A DNA stretch of 64,000 bases, from NCBI GenBank assembly GCA_951406725.2, contig OX597840.1, positions 12,462,001 to 12,526,000 on the forward strand, given 5' to 3'. How positions within the stretch are numbered: the first letter of the stretch is position 1; each line of letters begins with the position of its first letter. Positions 1 through 13,745 of the stretch are shown one piece after another. The translations under genes and the position numbers were made by a program. The notes beneath the pieces were generated by a model. That model saw only the letters and a list, made by a program, of their open reading frames with translations. It was not told where the DNA came from and ran no database searches. The stretch is from Octopus vulgaris (lineage: Eukaryota).

Positions 1-228
1 TCATCCAAGGCAAGGCCTGAATTGCCAAGAGTGGCTATAAGAGAAATCCAGAGTGAGCTGATACAGAGGTAGCAATGGAGACAAACACAGTTTGGCTTGA
101 TATTCAAATGAACATACATACTACATCATATGTAAACAAACAAGTTTGTTTTTGAAGCACTGAAATGTATTGTAGTACAAGTAGAAAGATCTATTTTTTC
201 CACAGGTAAGGACAGATAGAACGGCATA

Positions 229-619
229 TCTATATATATAAAACTGTAGTTGTGTGAGTGTCTGTCCCCTTCGATTTAGATTCCTAACTACTCCCACATT
301 TTGCGGTGCAGTTTAACCAAAACCGGGTATCTTATAGTCGTGATTCATATCGAGCCCTTCTGGGTATTAGCGCGCGTCTACGATGAGTCTACGATTTTAA
401 AAATAATTTAACATCATTTTTTCCATTTTCATGCATAATTTTTTAAAGGGAAGTAACTCTCTAAAAATGTCTACGATGAGTCAACGATTTTAAAAAAATT
501 TACCATCATATTTTTTCCATTTTTAATGCATTTTTTGCTATTTTTTGGCTATAACTCTCTAAAAATGCTGTATAGTTATTTCCCTTACAAACCCGAGCAA
601 CGCCAGGCGATACTGCTAG
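229..619 (+). mobile_element. Non-autonomous Helitron-like element, copy 1 (subfamily a)
   Basis: Starts TC after A228 and ends CTAG, with a subterminal hairpin CCCGAGCAACGCCAGG. No TSD. The 3' end is shared with three other copies in the window. Confidence 0.8.
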
Positions 620-925
620 TCTTTATATATAAAACTAAAGTTGTGTGTGTGTGTGTCTGTCTACTCCGATTTAGATTCCTAACTACTCCCACATTTTGCG
701 GTGCAGTTTAACCAAAAGCGGGTATCTTATAGTTGTGATTCATATCGAGCTCTTCTGGGTATTAGCGCACATCTACGATGAATCTACAATTTAAAAAAAA
801 ACTTACCATCATTTTTCCGCATTTTTAATGATTTTTGCTCGGGTTATATAAGGGAAGTAACTCTCTAAAATGCTTATATAGTTATTTCCCTTATAAACCC
901 GAGCAACGCCGGGCGATACTGCAAG
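620..925 (+). mobile_element. Non-autonomous Helitron-like element, copy 2, head-to-tail with copy 1
   Basis: TC start directly abuts the CTAG of copy 1. Homologous body, hairpin CCCGAGCAACGCCGGG, ends CAAG (CTAG variant) before T926. Confidence 0.8.
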
Positions 926-964
926 TACAGGATAAAATCCTTACAGAGCAGAAAAATCTCGTAT

Positions 965-1143
965 CATGCATCCATTACATTCTTGGAGTGGTTGGCGTTA
1001 GGAAGGGCATCTAGCCATAGAAACCATGGCAAATCAGCCTGAAATCTGGTGCAGCCTTCCAGCTTGCCAGCCTTGGTCAAACTGTCCAACCCATGCCAGC
1101 ATAGACAACAGACATTAAATGATGATGATGATGATGATGATGA
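965..1143 (+). mobile_element. RTE-type LINE/SINE 3' tail ending in (GAT)n
   Basis: TTGGCGTTAGGAAGGGCATC...CAACCCATGCCAGCAT...(GAT)n. The same tail ends the RTE remnant at 15.1-16.2 kb and recurs many times. Confidence 0.7.
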
Positions 1144-1249
1144 TATGTCTAAATAAATCTGTCCCAGCTTGATGCAATTTAAGTTCCAATCCCACCTTGT
1201 CTCTAGAAAATGGTGATGCTTCTGTTGATGTTTTTGAATTTTAGTCAAA

Positions 1250-1420
1250 GGCACAGGAGTGGCTGTGTGGTAAGTAGCTTGCTTACCAACCACATGGTTT
1301 CGGGTTCAGTCCCACTGCCTGGCATCTTAGGCAAGTGTCTTCTACTATAGCCTCGGGCCGACCAAAGCCTTGTGAGTGGATTTGGTAGACGGAAACTGAA
1401 AGAAGCCTGTCGTATATATG

Positions 1421-1477
<57 letters not shown>

Positions 1478-1682
1478 TTGTGTGTCTGTGTTTGTCCCCC
1501 TAACATTGCTTGACAACCGATACTGGTGTGTTTACGTCCCCGTAACTTAGCGGTTCGGTAAGAGAGACTGATGGAATAAGTACTAGGCTTACAAAGAATA
1601 AGTCGTGGGGTCGATTTGCTCGACTAAAGGCGGTGCTCCAGCATGGCTGCAGTCAAATGACTGAAACAAGTGAAAAAAAAAA
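1250..1682 (+). mobile_element. tRNA-derived SINE, family A (CORE-like body, internal TA/TG microsatellite), full length
   Basis: A box TGGCTGTGTGG, B-box-like GGTTCAGTCCC, CORE-like CTT(A/G)GGCAAGTGTCTT and A-rich tail. About 15 copies in the window. Confidence 0.85.
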
Positions 1683-1867
1683 ATTATTTGACCCTTGAAC
1701 TTATTTTTTGAAAAGTTCGATACTTATTCCATCAGTCCTCATTTGCTAAACTGCTAAGTTAGAGAACGTTAACACGCCAACAACAGATGTCAATCGGTGG
1801 TGGCAGTGTCAGGAATTTCGGAAAGCTAATGGAGAACATAGTTTCCCTGTGGCTTGACTGAAGAATA

Positions 1868-2862
1868 TGCCACAGCCAATACCACCATGACCACCAGCAC
1901 TGCTACTGCCGCTGCCACTGATGCCACTGCTGGCATCACAATGACAACAAAGATGACCACCACCACAAACAACGCCACCCCCATTATCATGATCTCCATC
2001 ATTACCATCACCACCACCACCACCACCACCACCACCACCACCACCACTGCCACAATCACCTACACTACCGCCCTCACCACTATCACTACTACAAATACTA
2101 CCGTTATCACTACTATCAGAATCTATGGTAGTCATCACAGCTACCATCGTCAACTACCACTGATACCACTATCACTACCACTAGTACTACCACCACCACC
2201 ACCACCGCCACCACAACTACACCAACACCACCTCTACTACTACTACCACCACCATCACCACCAACACCTCCACAACTACCACCACCACCAATGTCACCAC
2301 TATTACTACCACCACCATCACCACCAATACCTCCACCTCCACAACTACCACCAACATTGCCACCACCAAAGCTACTACTACTACTACCATCACAACTACC
2401 ACCACTGCTACCACCAATACCACCACCAACGTCACCTCCACCACCACAGCTATTACTACTATTACTACTACTACCACCACCACCACCACGAACGCCACCA
2501 CAACTAACAGCAACACCACCACCACAACTACCACCAACACTATCACCACTACCACCAACACCATCACCACCATCACCAACACCACCACTACTACTACTAC
2601 TACTATCACCACCACCAATGCCACCACAGCTACCACCAACACCACTAATACTACCACCATTACAACTATCACTAACACCACCACCAACACAACCACCACC
2701 ACCACCATCAACTCTAGCACCACTATCATTACCTCTGCTGCTGCCTTCAATGACACAAAACACCACTGATACCACCACCAACGCAACCACTACCACTGCC
2801 ACCACCACTACCACTGCCACCACCACCACCACCACCACCTCTACCTTCATCACCACTGTCCC
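1868..2862. repeat. Degenerate (CAC/TAC)n trinucleotide low-complexity tract
   Basis: Visible repeat. It explains the overlapping poly-T/H/P/G/V ORFs on both strands. Confidence 0.9.
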
Positions 2863-3375
2863 ACCCTCACTGCCTAACTCCCACTTTATATGCCCCCACC
2901 CCCCCATTCGTGTGTGTGTCCCACCAATAATATATTTAAATGATAAAACATCACAAAACGAATCAATGAAAAGATTTTTCTTTGGGAAAAAAAAGGGGAA
3001 AGCAGCCCCAAAAATGCAAATATAAAAGGGGAAAAAACTCCCAAAATCACGTGTGAGGGAGGGAGGAGGAGGGAACTGTTTTAACCTGTGTGCGTGTGTG
3101 TTCGTTTGTGTGTGTGTTGATGTGTTATGTGTAGGCATGTGTGTGCGTTGATGTGTGTGTACATCTGTGCACGGTGTGCATGTGTGTATGCTAGCATGTG
3201 TTTGTGTATGTGTTTGTGTGTGCGTGTGTGTGTTGGCATGCACATGTGTGTACGTGTATATGTGTTAGTGAAACAAGAAACTGTTACCATGGCGATGAAA
3301 ATCTCCCCAATATAAACAGATATTGATGGCAAAGAAGACAACAGTGTCCTGATCAATAAATAAATATATGATGAA

Positions 3376-3414
<39 letters not shown>

Positions 3415-3628
3415 CCTTTCTACAATAGACACAAAGGCCTGAAATTCGATGGGAGGGGAACTAGTCGATTACACCGCCCCCAGTGTTTCACTGGTACTTA
3501 ATTTATTGATTCTGAAAGGATGAAGGGCAAAGTTGACCTTGGCGGAATTTGAACTCAGAACATAGTGATGGGTGAAATACTGCTAACCATTTTGTCCAGC
3601 ATTCCAACGATTCTGCCTGCTCACTGCC
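3415..3628 (-). mobile_element. tRNA-derived SINE, family B
   Basis: Reverse complement of the family seen intact at 52424-52652 (GAGTTCAAATTCCGCC...CTTCATCCTTTC...TAAATTAAGTACC). Flanked by (AAT)n. Confidence 0.8.
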
Positions 3629-3723
<95 letters not shown>

Positions 3724-3833
3724 AAGAATGATAATAATAATATACACACACACATCAACGCACACACATACCTACACATAACACATGCACATACATCAAC
3801 ATACACACAAACGAACACACATAAGCACACACA

Positions 3834-5103
3834 GAACGACTTTATCTGCCAAGAAAAGAGGGAGGCTGTGGTCTTTTGCAACTGGCAATAACAATGAAGA
3901 TTGCTACAATTGGCCTAGACACCTACCTGAAAAAGTCTGAGGACTGGATGTTAAAACTTGTCTCAAAACATGAAAACAAGAAAGCATCATACTCAGTCAC
4001 AAAACAGGCAAAGGAATATCTAAGTGAATTCCGAATACAACCAATTTCAGAATTAGAGATAGACATACAAGAAACAAGCACAGAAAAAGTTAGGCGCATG
4101 AAAACCCGTGCCAAAACTGCAGCCTTAGATATTCTGAATAATAAATGGCAAGAAAAACCTCTCTATGGCAAATACCCAAAGAGAGTGAATAATGCAGATA
4201 TTGACAAAGCCCTGACCCATCAATGGCTAATGGCCTCTGGCTTAAAATCTGAAACAGAGGGGTTTATCATAGCAGCTCAAGATCAATGCCTACCAACAAG
4301 AAACTACCAGGCCAACATATTAAAGAACGGCAGTAGCCCAACATGTCATGTATGCCGACAACAAAATGAGACCATTAATCATGTTGTCTCCAAATGCAGT
4401 CTTCTAGCGCCTACAGAGTACCTCAACAGGTATGATAGAGCTGCACAATATATTCACTGGGTAATTTGCAGAAACCTGGATTGGCCCCATGAAAAAAACT
4501 GGTGGGAACACAATCCACCTCCAGTGCTTGAAAATGACCATATCTCACTCATCTGGAACTTCACCATCCAAACTGACAGAAAGATAGATGCAAATAGGCC
4601 AGAAATCATGTTGAAAAACTTCAGACAAAGAACATGCCTCCTCATTGATATGACTGTCCCAATCGATATAAACGTATCTGTCATGACCTACCAAAAACTG
4701 AGCAAATATAAAGATCTTGAAATAGAAATCAGCAAAATGTGGAACCTGAAGACTAAAACAATACCTGTTGTCATAGGTGCCCTGGGAATGATAGCGAAAG
4801 GGGCTGATTGCTACCTAACTCAGATACCAGGAAACCCCAAAATGGCAGAAATTCAAAAGATAGCGCTCATGGGAACTGCTCATATCCTACGCAAAATACT
4901 CTCTATGTAATCCCAAGGTTTAAAACAAACATTTTTTTTTTTTTAAATTTATGTATTAGACATTCACTAGTACAACCCCGCCCCCCAAATTAATGGCACA
5001 CTAGGCATAACAACAATATGAACTTCCAACCTGTTGTCTCTTGAGGTCTCTGGGTGAGACTTGGAGCCAACTTGTACAGACATAAAGCAAAAGTCAAACA
5101 TAG
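3834..5103 (+). mobile_element. 5'-truncated site-specific non-LTR retrotransposon (R4/Dong-like, RLE endonuclease); open frame 3834-4910
   Basis: The frame reads ERLYLPRKEGGCGL (end of RT), WLMASGLKSETEGFIIAAQDQ, CCHC finger CHVC..ETINHVVSKC and RLE motif RPEIML..LIDMTVP..KLSKY. A 3' UTR runs into (AAT)n. Confidence 0.9.
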
Positions 5104-5113
5104 AATAATAATG

Positions 5114-5186
<73 letters not shown>

Positions 5187-5190
<4 letters not shown>

Positions 5191-5622
5191 GATCGACATG
5201 AGCATCCCCTGTGATCATAATATCTCAGCGAAAGAGTTTGACAAGCTCAGAAAATATAAAGACCTACTCATTGAAATTGAGAAAATGTGGCATCTCAAGG
5301 CGGTTACAATACCAGTGATCGTAGGAGCACTAGGAATGATCAAGAAGGGAACCGAAAATTATATGAGAATGATCCCTGGCTTACCATCTCTGCAAGAAGT
5401 GCAAAAGATCGTCTTAACTGGTACATCATATGTATTGAGAAGAGCATTGTCGATGTGAGAACTGTTGCTGCTCATGTATTTTAATTTAACTTAAAAAAAA
5501 AAAAATGAATGAACTATTGAGTTTGGTTTAATGGCCTACCAATGTATACTATGAGTTTCTTTGCCCTAGGAGTCGGGAAGACACTGGCAAGAAATGGAAG
5601 CAAATTTGAAAGAAGAAAAAAA
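5187..5622 (+). mobile_element. Second, diverged R4/Dong-like RLE retrotransposon 3' end
   Basis: LIDMSIP..KLRKYKDLLIEIEKMW..IPVIVGALG..LRRALSM* (stop 5458) is homologous to the preceding element. Flanked by (AAT)n on both sides. Confidence 0.88.
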
Positions 5623-5698
<76 letters not shown>

Positions 5699-5726
5699 TA
5701 ATAACAACAACAAAAACAATAATGAT

Positions 5727-5911
5727 TTCAAATTTTGGCACATGGCCAGCAATTTTGGGGGAGGGGTATGTCGATTATATTGGCCCAAGTGGATCAACTG
5801 ATACTTATTTTCTTGTCCCTGAAAGGATGAAAGGTAAAGTTAACCTCAGCAGATTTTGAATTCAGATGCACAAAATTTTGCTCAACGTGCAAACGTTTCT
5901 ACCAGTTCACC

Positions 5912-5912
<1 letters not shown>
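5727..5912 (-). mobile_element. Degenerate SINE family B
   Basis: GATACTTATTT...GAAAGGATGAAAGGTAAAGTTAACCTC matches family B. Confidence 0.65.
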
Positions 5913-5956
<44 letters not shown>

Positions 5957-5959
<3 letters not shown>

Positions 5960-6503
5960 GCCCTGATGTAGTACCAGGCAATGGCTCTCATGGCTTCTGA
6001 TCTTAACTGATTGGAAGTGTTATCATGTACATTGTTTTGTCTTGGTATAAAAGATGGGCCACAGCAAATATTCTGCTCAATACCACAGATTTGCTTGTCA
6101 GTTGTTTGACCATAACCAGTTGAGCATGTCCCTTAGTGGCTGACGATATGTGCATCTCTGACCACGAGCAGAAGTAGTTGGGGAGCATCATAGCCATGTG
6201 TTGAGAGGGATTCTTTGAGGTTTGAATAATTCACCTCTGGAAACATGGGTGTTTCGTTCAACATCCTTAAACAACCCTTATTCAGGGACCTTCTGGTTAC
6301 TCAACCAGAAGAAAATTCTAACTGGGCCCCACCTGCAAGGTCATGTGCTGTTTATCTTGATATGAGATCACCATGTTGCGCACATATGGTTGTGATGCAT
6401 GTGCCTGGTGTACCCTTATCAGACGGGTAGTCATGATGGGTATACTGGGCTTCGTATAGTTTACCCCAGTGTCACTTTGATGGCATGCACTGCTTTCTCA
6501 CTC
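5957..6503. mobile_element. Unclassified ~550-bp non-coding insertion embedded in an (AAT)n tract
   Basis: Complex sequence with sharp boundaries into (AAT)n on both sides and no recognisable coding motif. Confidence 0.55.
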
Positions 6504-6553
<50 letters not shown>

Positions 6554-6565
6554 CAATAATAATAA

Positions 6566-6770
6566 TGGTTTAAGATTTTGCCACAAGGGCAGCAGTTTCG
6601 TGGAAAGGGATGAGTCGATTACATTGACCCCAGTGTTCAACTGGTACTTAATTTATCGACTCTGAAAGGATGAAAGGCAAAGTCAACCTCGGTAGAATTT
6701 GAACTCAGAATGTGAAGACAAGTGAAATTCCACTAAACATTTTGCTGGCATGCCACCTTAATTCTGCCTT
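6566..6770 (-). mobile_element. SINE family B
   Basis: GGTACTTAATTTATCGAC..GAAAGGATGAAAGGCAAAGTCAACCTCGG..ATTTGAACTCAGAA. Confidence 0.8.
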
Positions 6771-7552
6771 AATAATAATAATATTAATAATAATGATGAT
6801 GATGACGATGGTGGCGACGACGATGATGACGGCGACGATAATAGTAATAAAATAATACAGCATTCTTTAACACTCTGAATCACGTAGGGATTTTTCCCAG
6901 GATGCTATCCCACAATAAATGGTCATATAAATAAAGCACATGCATTATGTATGCATGACCAATAATGTTTATATGTGTGTGTGTGTGTGTGTGTGCATGA
7001 TAGCTGCAACTTGATTTTGAACAAAGCCTTCACTTTATTGTTCTCTTAAACATGAGCAGCATGGATGTAACTTTTCAATTCTGCCAGAAAGCCTACACTT
7101 TTTTGCACAAATAGAGCAACAATTGATGCCTTTTGCAACAGGTATTCAGAGAACTAACTATCCATGCTGATACATAAGAGAATTGTTAATAGAGTTATTA
7201 AGAATGATGCAATGCCGGTATCTAAAGCTTATTAACCTTTAGCACACTGTTGGTGCAATATGTCACCATATGAGTTTTCTCCCCTGCAGTAATAGGGCAG
7301 TGGCAAGGAAAACAATTCTAGAGGAAATGCAATGTGCTAAATGTTAAAGTGGGGGAAAACCCTTACACAGGACCAATCCCTCTCTCTAAAAAAACGTTTG
7401 TATTTGTCCAAATGGGAGAACTAGTCTACTGGATCAGATGCAAATGAAATCACAGGTATCATGTCAGAGTTTTCTTTTTTCTAAAGAGATGTCTAACACT
7501 TTAGCATTCAAACTAGCTGTATCCAGTCTAAATATTTTACCTGTTTTATGTT

Positions 7553-7775
7553 CGGGAGTGGCCGTATGGTAAGTAGCTTGCTTACTAACCACAACTGTGT
7601 GGCATCTTGGGCAAGTGTCTTCTACTATAGCCTCGGGCCAACCAAAGCCTTGTGAGTGGATTTGGTAGATGGAAACTAGAAGAAACCTGTCGTATATGTA
7701 TATATGCGTATATGTATGTGTGTGTCTGTGTGCGTGTATATACGTTTGTGTGTCTGTTTGTCCCCCCAGCATCAC
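7553..7775 (+). mobile_element. SINE family A, partial
   Basis: Homology to 1250-1505. Confidence 0.8.
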
Positions 7776-7778
7776 TAA

Positions 7779-7827
<49 letters not shown>

Positions 7828-8361
7828 AATGAAAAAGAGAGACTTTGGAAAGACTCAAAGACAGGTGACAGCTAAGAACTCTCAAAGTTATGGGATAACG
7901 CATGATTAATTCAAAACAATGGGAATAAATAAGCATTAGATTTGACAGAATGATCTGAATAATAAAGGGTTAAAGAAAGATTAGGGTTCTTTCATGCCCA
8001 GCTGTTGTATGGCTATTGATTTTACTGAGCTCGTCCACCCTTTGGCCGGGTTTGCTTACATTCTGCAGGGTGCCCTATGAAAACTATCCTCTTTAACAAG
8101 CATATGTATATATTGTTGTTGTTGGTAGTCTCCTCTCATAGTCTGAGAAATACAGTTCTATGATTTCTTGGTGAACAAACGGAACAGATGATTTGTTTAT
8201 AGGGATCAAATGCAGGTGCTGTGCATTAGCCCACTCCCTCCATTGAACTGATGTTGGCTGAACAGGTGTGCAGGGTGTACCATGGGTCAGGTGTCAAAGT
8301 GGTTGCAGGGTAATGGGAAATGAACACAACACACTGCTTGGTCCAGGAATTGAAATAACCA

Positions 8362-8602
8362 AACCCTTGTGAGTGGATTTGGTAAATGGAAACTGAAAGA
8401 AGCGCATCGTATATATATGTGTGTGTATGTGTTTGTGTGTCTGTGTTTGTCCTCCACCAACATCGCTTGATAACTGATGTTGGTGTGTTTACATCTCCAT
8501 AACTTAGTGGTTTGGCAAAAGAGACCAATACAATAAGTACTAGGCTTGCAAACAATAAGTCCTGGGGTCAATTTGTTTGACTAAAGGTGGTGCTCCAGCA
8601 TG
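8362..8602 (+). mobile_element. SINE family A, 5'-truncated
   Basis: Homology to 1365-1645. Confidence 0.8.
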
Positions 8603-8609
8603 GAAAGAA

Positions 8610-10250
<1,641 letters not shown>

Positions 10251-10582
10251 CCGAGAGGGAACTTATAGATTTCTCTTTCAGTCATCATCATCATCATCAT
10301 CATTCGCTCCCCACCACTCCACTAAAAATTGATTTTAGATGCCTTTGACTTTTAGAATCTCTTAGAATTCGAAGAAACATTTGAGGTTGGAATTTTGTGA
10401 TTTTGTGATTTTGAAATTACAAGATAAATATTAAATAAAATAATCTCAAAACAAAAAAAAGAAAATCAAAAAACAAAGGCAAAACAACCAAAGCCAAAAA
10501 AAAAATTCAACAAACAAACCCCCCTCCACCATGACCACCACAACCAAAACAAAAATCCATTGTCTGACTTATATTTCAGATG

Positions 10583-10608
10583 TAATAATGTCAATAATAA
10601 TGATGATG

Positions 10609-10657
<49 letters not shown>

Positions 10658-10677
10658 TAATAATAATAATAATAATG

Positions 10678-10735
<58 letters not shown>

Positions 10736-10788
10736 TGATAATAATAATAATAATAATGATAATAATAATAATTATAATGATAATAATA
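10583..10788. repeat. (AAT/GAT)n microsatellite
   Basis: Directly visible. Confidence 0.95.
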
Positions 10789-11289
10789 AAAAAAGTGGTA
10801 AAAGGAAATTCCTGAAAAGAGGAAAAAAGGGATTTTCACTTATTCCACTTATTCTGGGTTTGGTTACTGTCATTAGAGCACGGTCATACTGGAGCATTAT
10901 TTCTTTTTAAGGGTTTTTGTTTAATCAATCATATCGACCCCAGTTTTTCAGTCTGGAATATATTGTATTGATTATTGATTGATCTTTATTGATCACATGA
11001 CTATGTTTTACTGTTTTGGTATTAGATGGTGTATAGACTGAAGCATATTTTGTTTTGCACAAATATACTTACACTCAAAAATACATACACACACACATAA
11101 ACAGAAACACATACACATATAGGTGCAGGAGTGGCTGTGTGGTATGTAGCTTGCTTACCAACCACATGGTTCCAGGTTCAGTCCTACTGCATGGCACCTT
11201 GGGCAAGTGTCTTCTACTATAGCCTCAGGCCGACCAAAGCCTTGTGAGTGGATTTGGTAGACAGAAACTGAAAGAAGCCCATCATATTC

Positions 11290-11505
11290 AATATGTGACC
11301 ACGTGTGTATCGTTGGTGATTTTCTTTCTTTCTCTGTCTTCCTTTCCTTGGACCTTCCCTTCTTCAATGTTTCTGACGAAGAGCTCCGCTCGAAACGTTA
11401 AATCCTCCTTCTTTCTTTCCTTTCCTGAGTGTCCAATAACACTATACTTGTTCCACGTCCGCACGCTGTTGTGTTTTCTCTTTGTGTTTTCATGTTTGGA
11501 TTAAC
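11290..11505 (+). mobile_element. Penelope-like 3'-end fragment with a hammerhead-like motif
   Basis: CTGACGA-A-GAGC-TCC-GCTC-GAAAC-GTTA at 11373-11400, then a pyrimidine-rich body ending AACTATA(TA)n. Related copies at 27755-27948 and 48990-49190. Confidence 0.6.
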
Positions 11506-11592
11506 TATATATATATATGTATATGTAGGTCCCGGGTTGAGTCGGGGTTAACCACAGTAAATAAGGTACTCAATACATAGCAGAGTAAATTA

Positions 11593-11721
11593 ATTTATTT
11601 TATAGAAGGAGCTTCTACAGGACTAGAACTGTTTCATTCAAAAGAAATCATCAGGAATCCTGATGATTTCTTTTGAATGAAACAGTTCTAGTCCTGTAGA
11701 AGCTCCTTCTATAAAATAAAT
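11593..11721. repeat. Perfect palindrome (64-bp arms, 1-nt loop) containing CTGATGA...GAAAC...GTC
   Basis: 11593-11656 is the exact reverse complement of 11658-11721. Confidence 0.95.
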
Positions 11722-11952
11722 ATATATATGTATATATATGTGTGTGTGTGTTTTTGTGTTTTTACCCCCAACATTGCTTGACAACCGATGCTGGTGTGTT
11801 TACGTCCCTATAACTTAGCAGTTCAGCAAAAGAGACTGATAGAATAAGTACTAGTCTTCCAAAGAATAAGTCCTGGGGTTGATTTGCTTGACTAAAGCCG
11901 GTGCTCCAGAATGGCCGCAGTCAAATGACTGAAACAAGAATAAAAGAACATG

Positions 11953-11994
<42 letters not shown>

Positions 11995-12234
11995 CACACA
12001 TGCATAGACATACAGAAACACATGCATATACATGCATACACACACATACACTCACACACGTATACAAATACACATGCTCACACGGACACATACATATACA
12101 AATACACATGCACACACGGACACATACATATACAAATACACACGCACACACGGACACACACATATACAAACACACACATATGTACACGTACACACATAAA
12201 TGTATACATATGGAGAAACACAAACATAATATTC

Positions 12235-12468
12235 TTTTATTCTTTTACTTATTTCAGTCATTTGACTGTGGCCATGCTGGAGCCCTGCCTTTAGTCGAAC
12301 AAATCTATCTTAGGACTTATTCTTTGTAAGCCTAGTACTTATTCTATTGGTCTCTTATACCAAACCATTAAGTTATGGGGATGTAAACACACCAGTATCG
12401 GTTGTCAAGTGATGTTGGGGGGGAAAAACACAAACACACAAATACATATATACATGCATACAATATAC

Positions 12469-12542
<74 letters not shown>

Positions 12543-12691
12543 CAGGCTTCTTTCAGTTGTCCATCTACCGAATCCACTCACAAGGTTTTGGTCGGCTTGA
12601 TGCTATAGTAGAAGACACTTGCCCAAGGTACCGCACAGTGGGTTGAACCCAGAACCATGTGGTTGGGAAGCAAGCTTTTTAACACATAGCC
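12235..12691 (-). mobile_element. SINE family A
   Basis: Near full-length reverse-complement copy. Confidence 0.85.
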
Positions 12692-13492
12692 ATATATATA
12701 TGATATGTTCTGTTTAGTATTCTATGTATATAGTATTCTAGATAGATAGATAGATTGATAGATAGATAGATAGATAGATAGATTGATAGATAAATAGATA
12801 GATAGATAGATAGATATGCAAGCATGTCAGTATATGTCTATCTTTGTCTGTGTAGATACACACACACACACACACAATATGTCCTATAGGTATTCTTGAT
12901 GTGAATGGTGTTATATATTTTAAAAGACTAAGACTGATTTTTGTCTTTCCCCTTCCTGGGGTTGATAAAATATAAAGCCAATGAAATCCAGGGGAAAATT
13001 TAATATTCCTATAAAGCATCCTAGTTGAGAATGGTATTAAACCAGTGACACAGAAAGGTACCATTGCACTTATAAGAATTATGACCTTAATTTCAAAGGA
13101 ACTATTGAAACAGACAATTAATTTATTCGAAATCAAAGTCTATACAATAAAAGTTCTTAAATGAATACCACACAATTGATTGAGGTCGTTGGTCACTAGC
13201 TTAAACTAATTACTATTAAAAGCAAACAACATTAGTATCTACATTGTTTACAAAGTACGACATAAATGAAAATAAAGGTATATTATATATTAACAGCTAT
13301 CAGTTAACGAACAGAATCACTTTGACAAAAGAATATGTATTCTATTGTTGTTTGTGGGCTGCCATCAATTTTTATGAGCTGGCTTCCCTCTCCATCGTTT
13401 GTTTCTCTCCAAGCAATCAACTGACAATCAACTCTTTCTCATTCTTTAATGGAGATAAACGATTGGTATTTAATATGAATGATAAAAGACAC

Positions 13493-13597
<105 letters not shown>

Positions 13598-13602
13598 ATG
13601 TG

Positions 13603-13640
<38 letters not shown>

Positions 13641-13683
13641 ACTATACTTATATATATATATATATATATGTATATGTGTATAT

Positions 13684-13745
13684 GTCCAACCCATGCTAGC
13701 ATGGAAAGCGGACACTAAACGATGATGATGATGATGATGATGATA
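13684..13745 (+). mobile_element. Very short RTE-type 3' tail with a long target-site duplication
   Basis: GTCCAACCCATGCTAGCATGGAAAGCGGACACTAAAC(GAT)n. Flanked by a repeat of ATATGCAACTATACTTATATA... Confidence 0.7.

Larger units (their letters stand above)
11121..11947 (+). mobile_element. SINE family A split by insertions in its internal TA tract (5' half 11121-11285, 3' half 11740-11947)
   Basis: Both halves align to the 1250-1682 copy in the correct order and orientation. Confidence 0.8.

Noticed and set aside
1250-1325. tRNA genes at SINE heads
   Set aside because: A and B boxes are present but there is no complete cloverleaf, and each head is fused to a SINE body.
1809-3243. Long Gly-, Pro-, His- and Thr-rich ORFs (up to 375 aa)
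   Set aside because: They are open in several frames on both strands because of the (CAC/TAC)n repeat. No domain or splice support.
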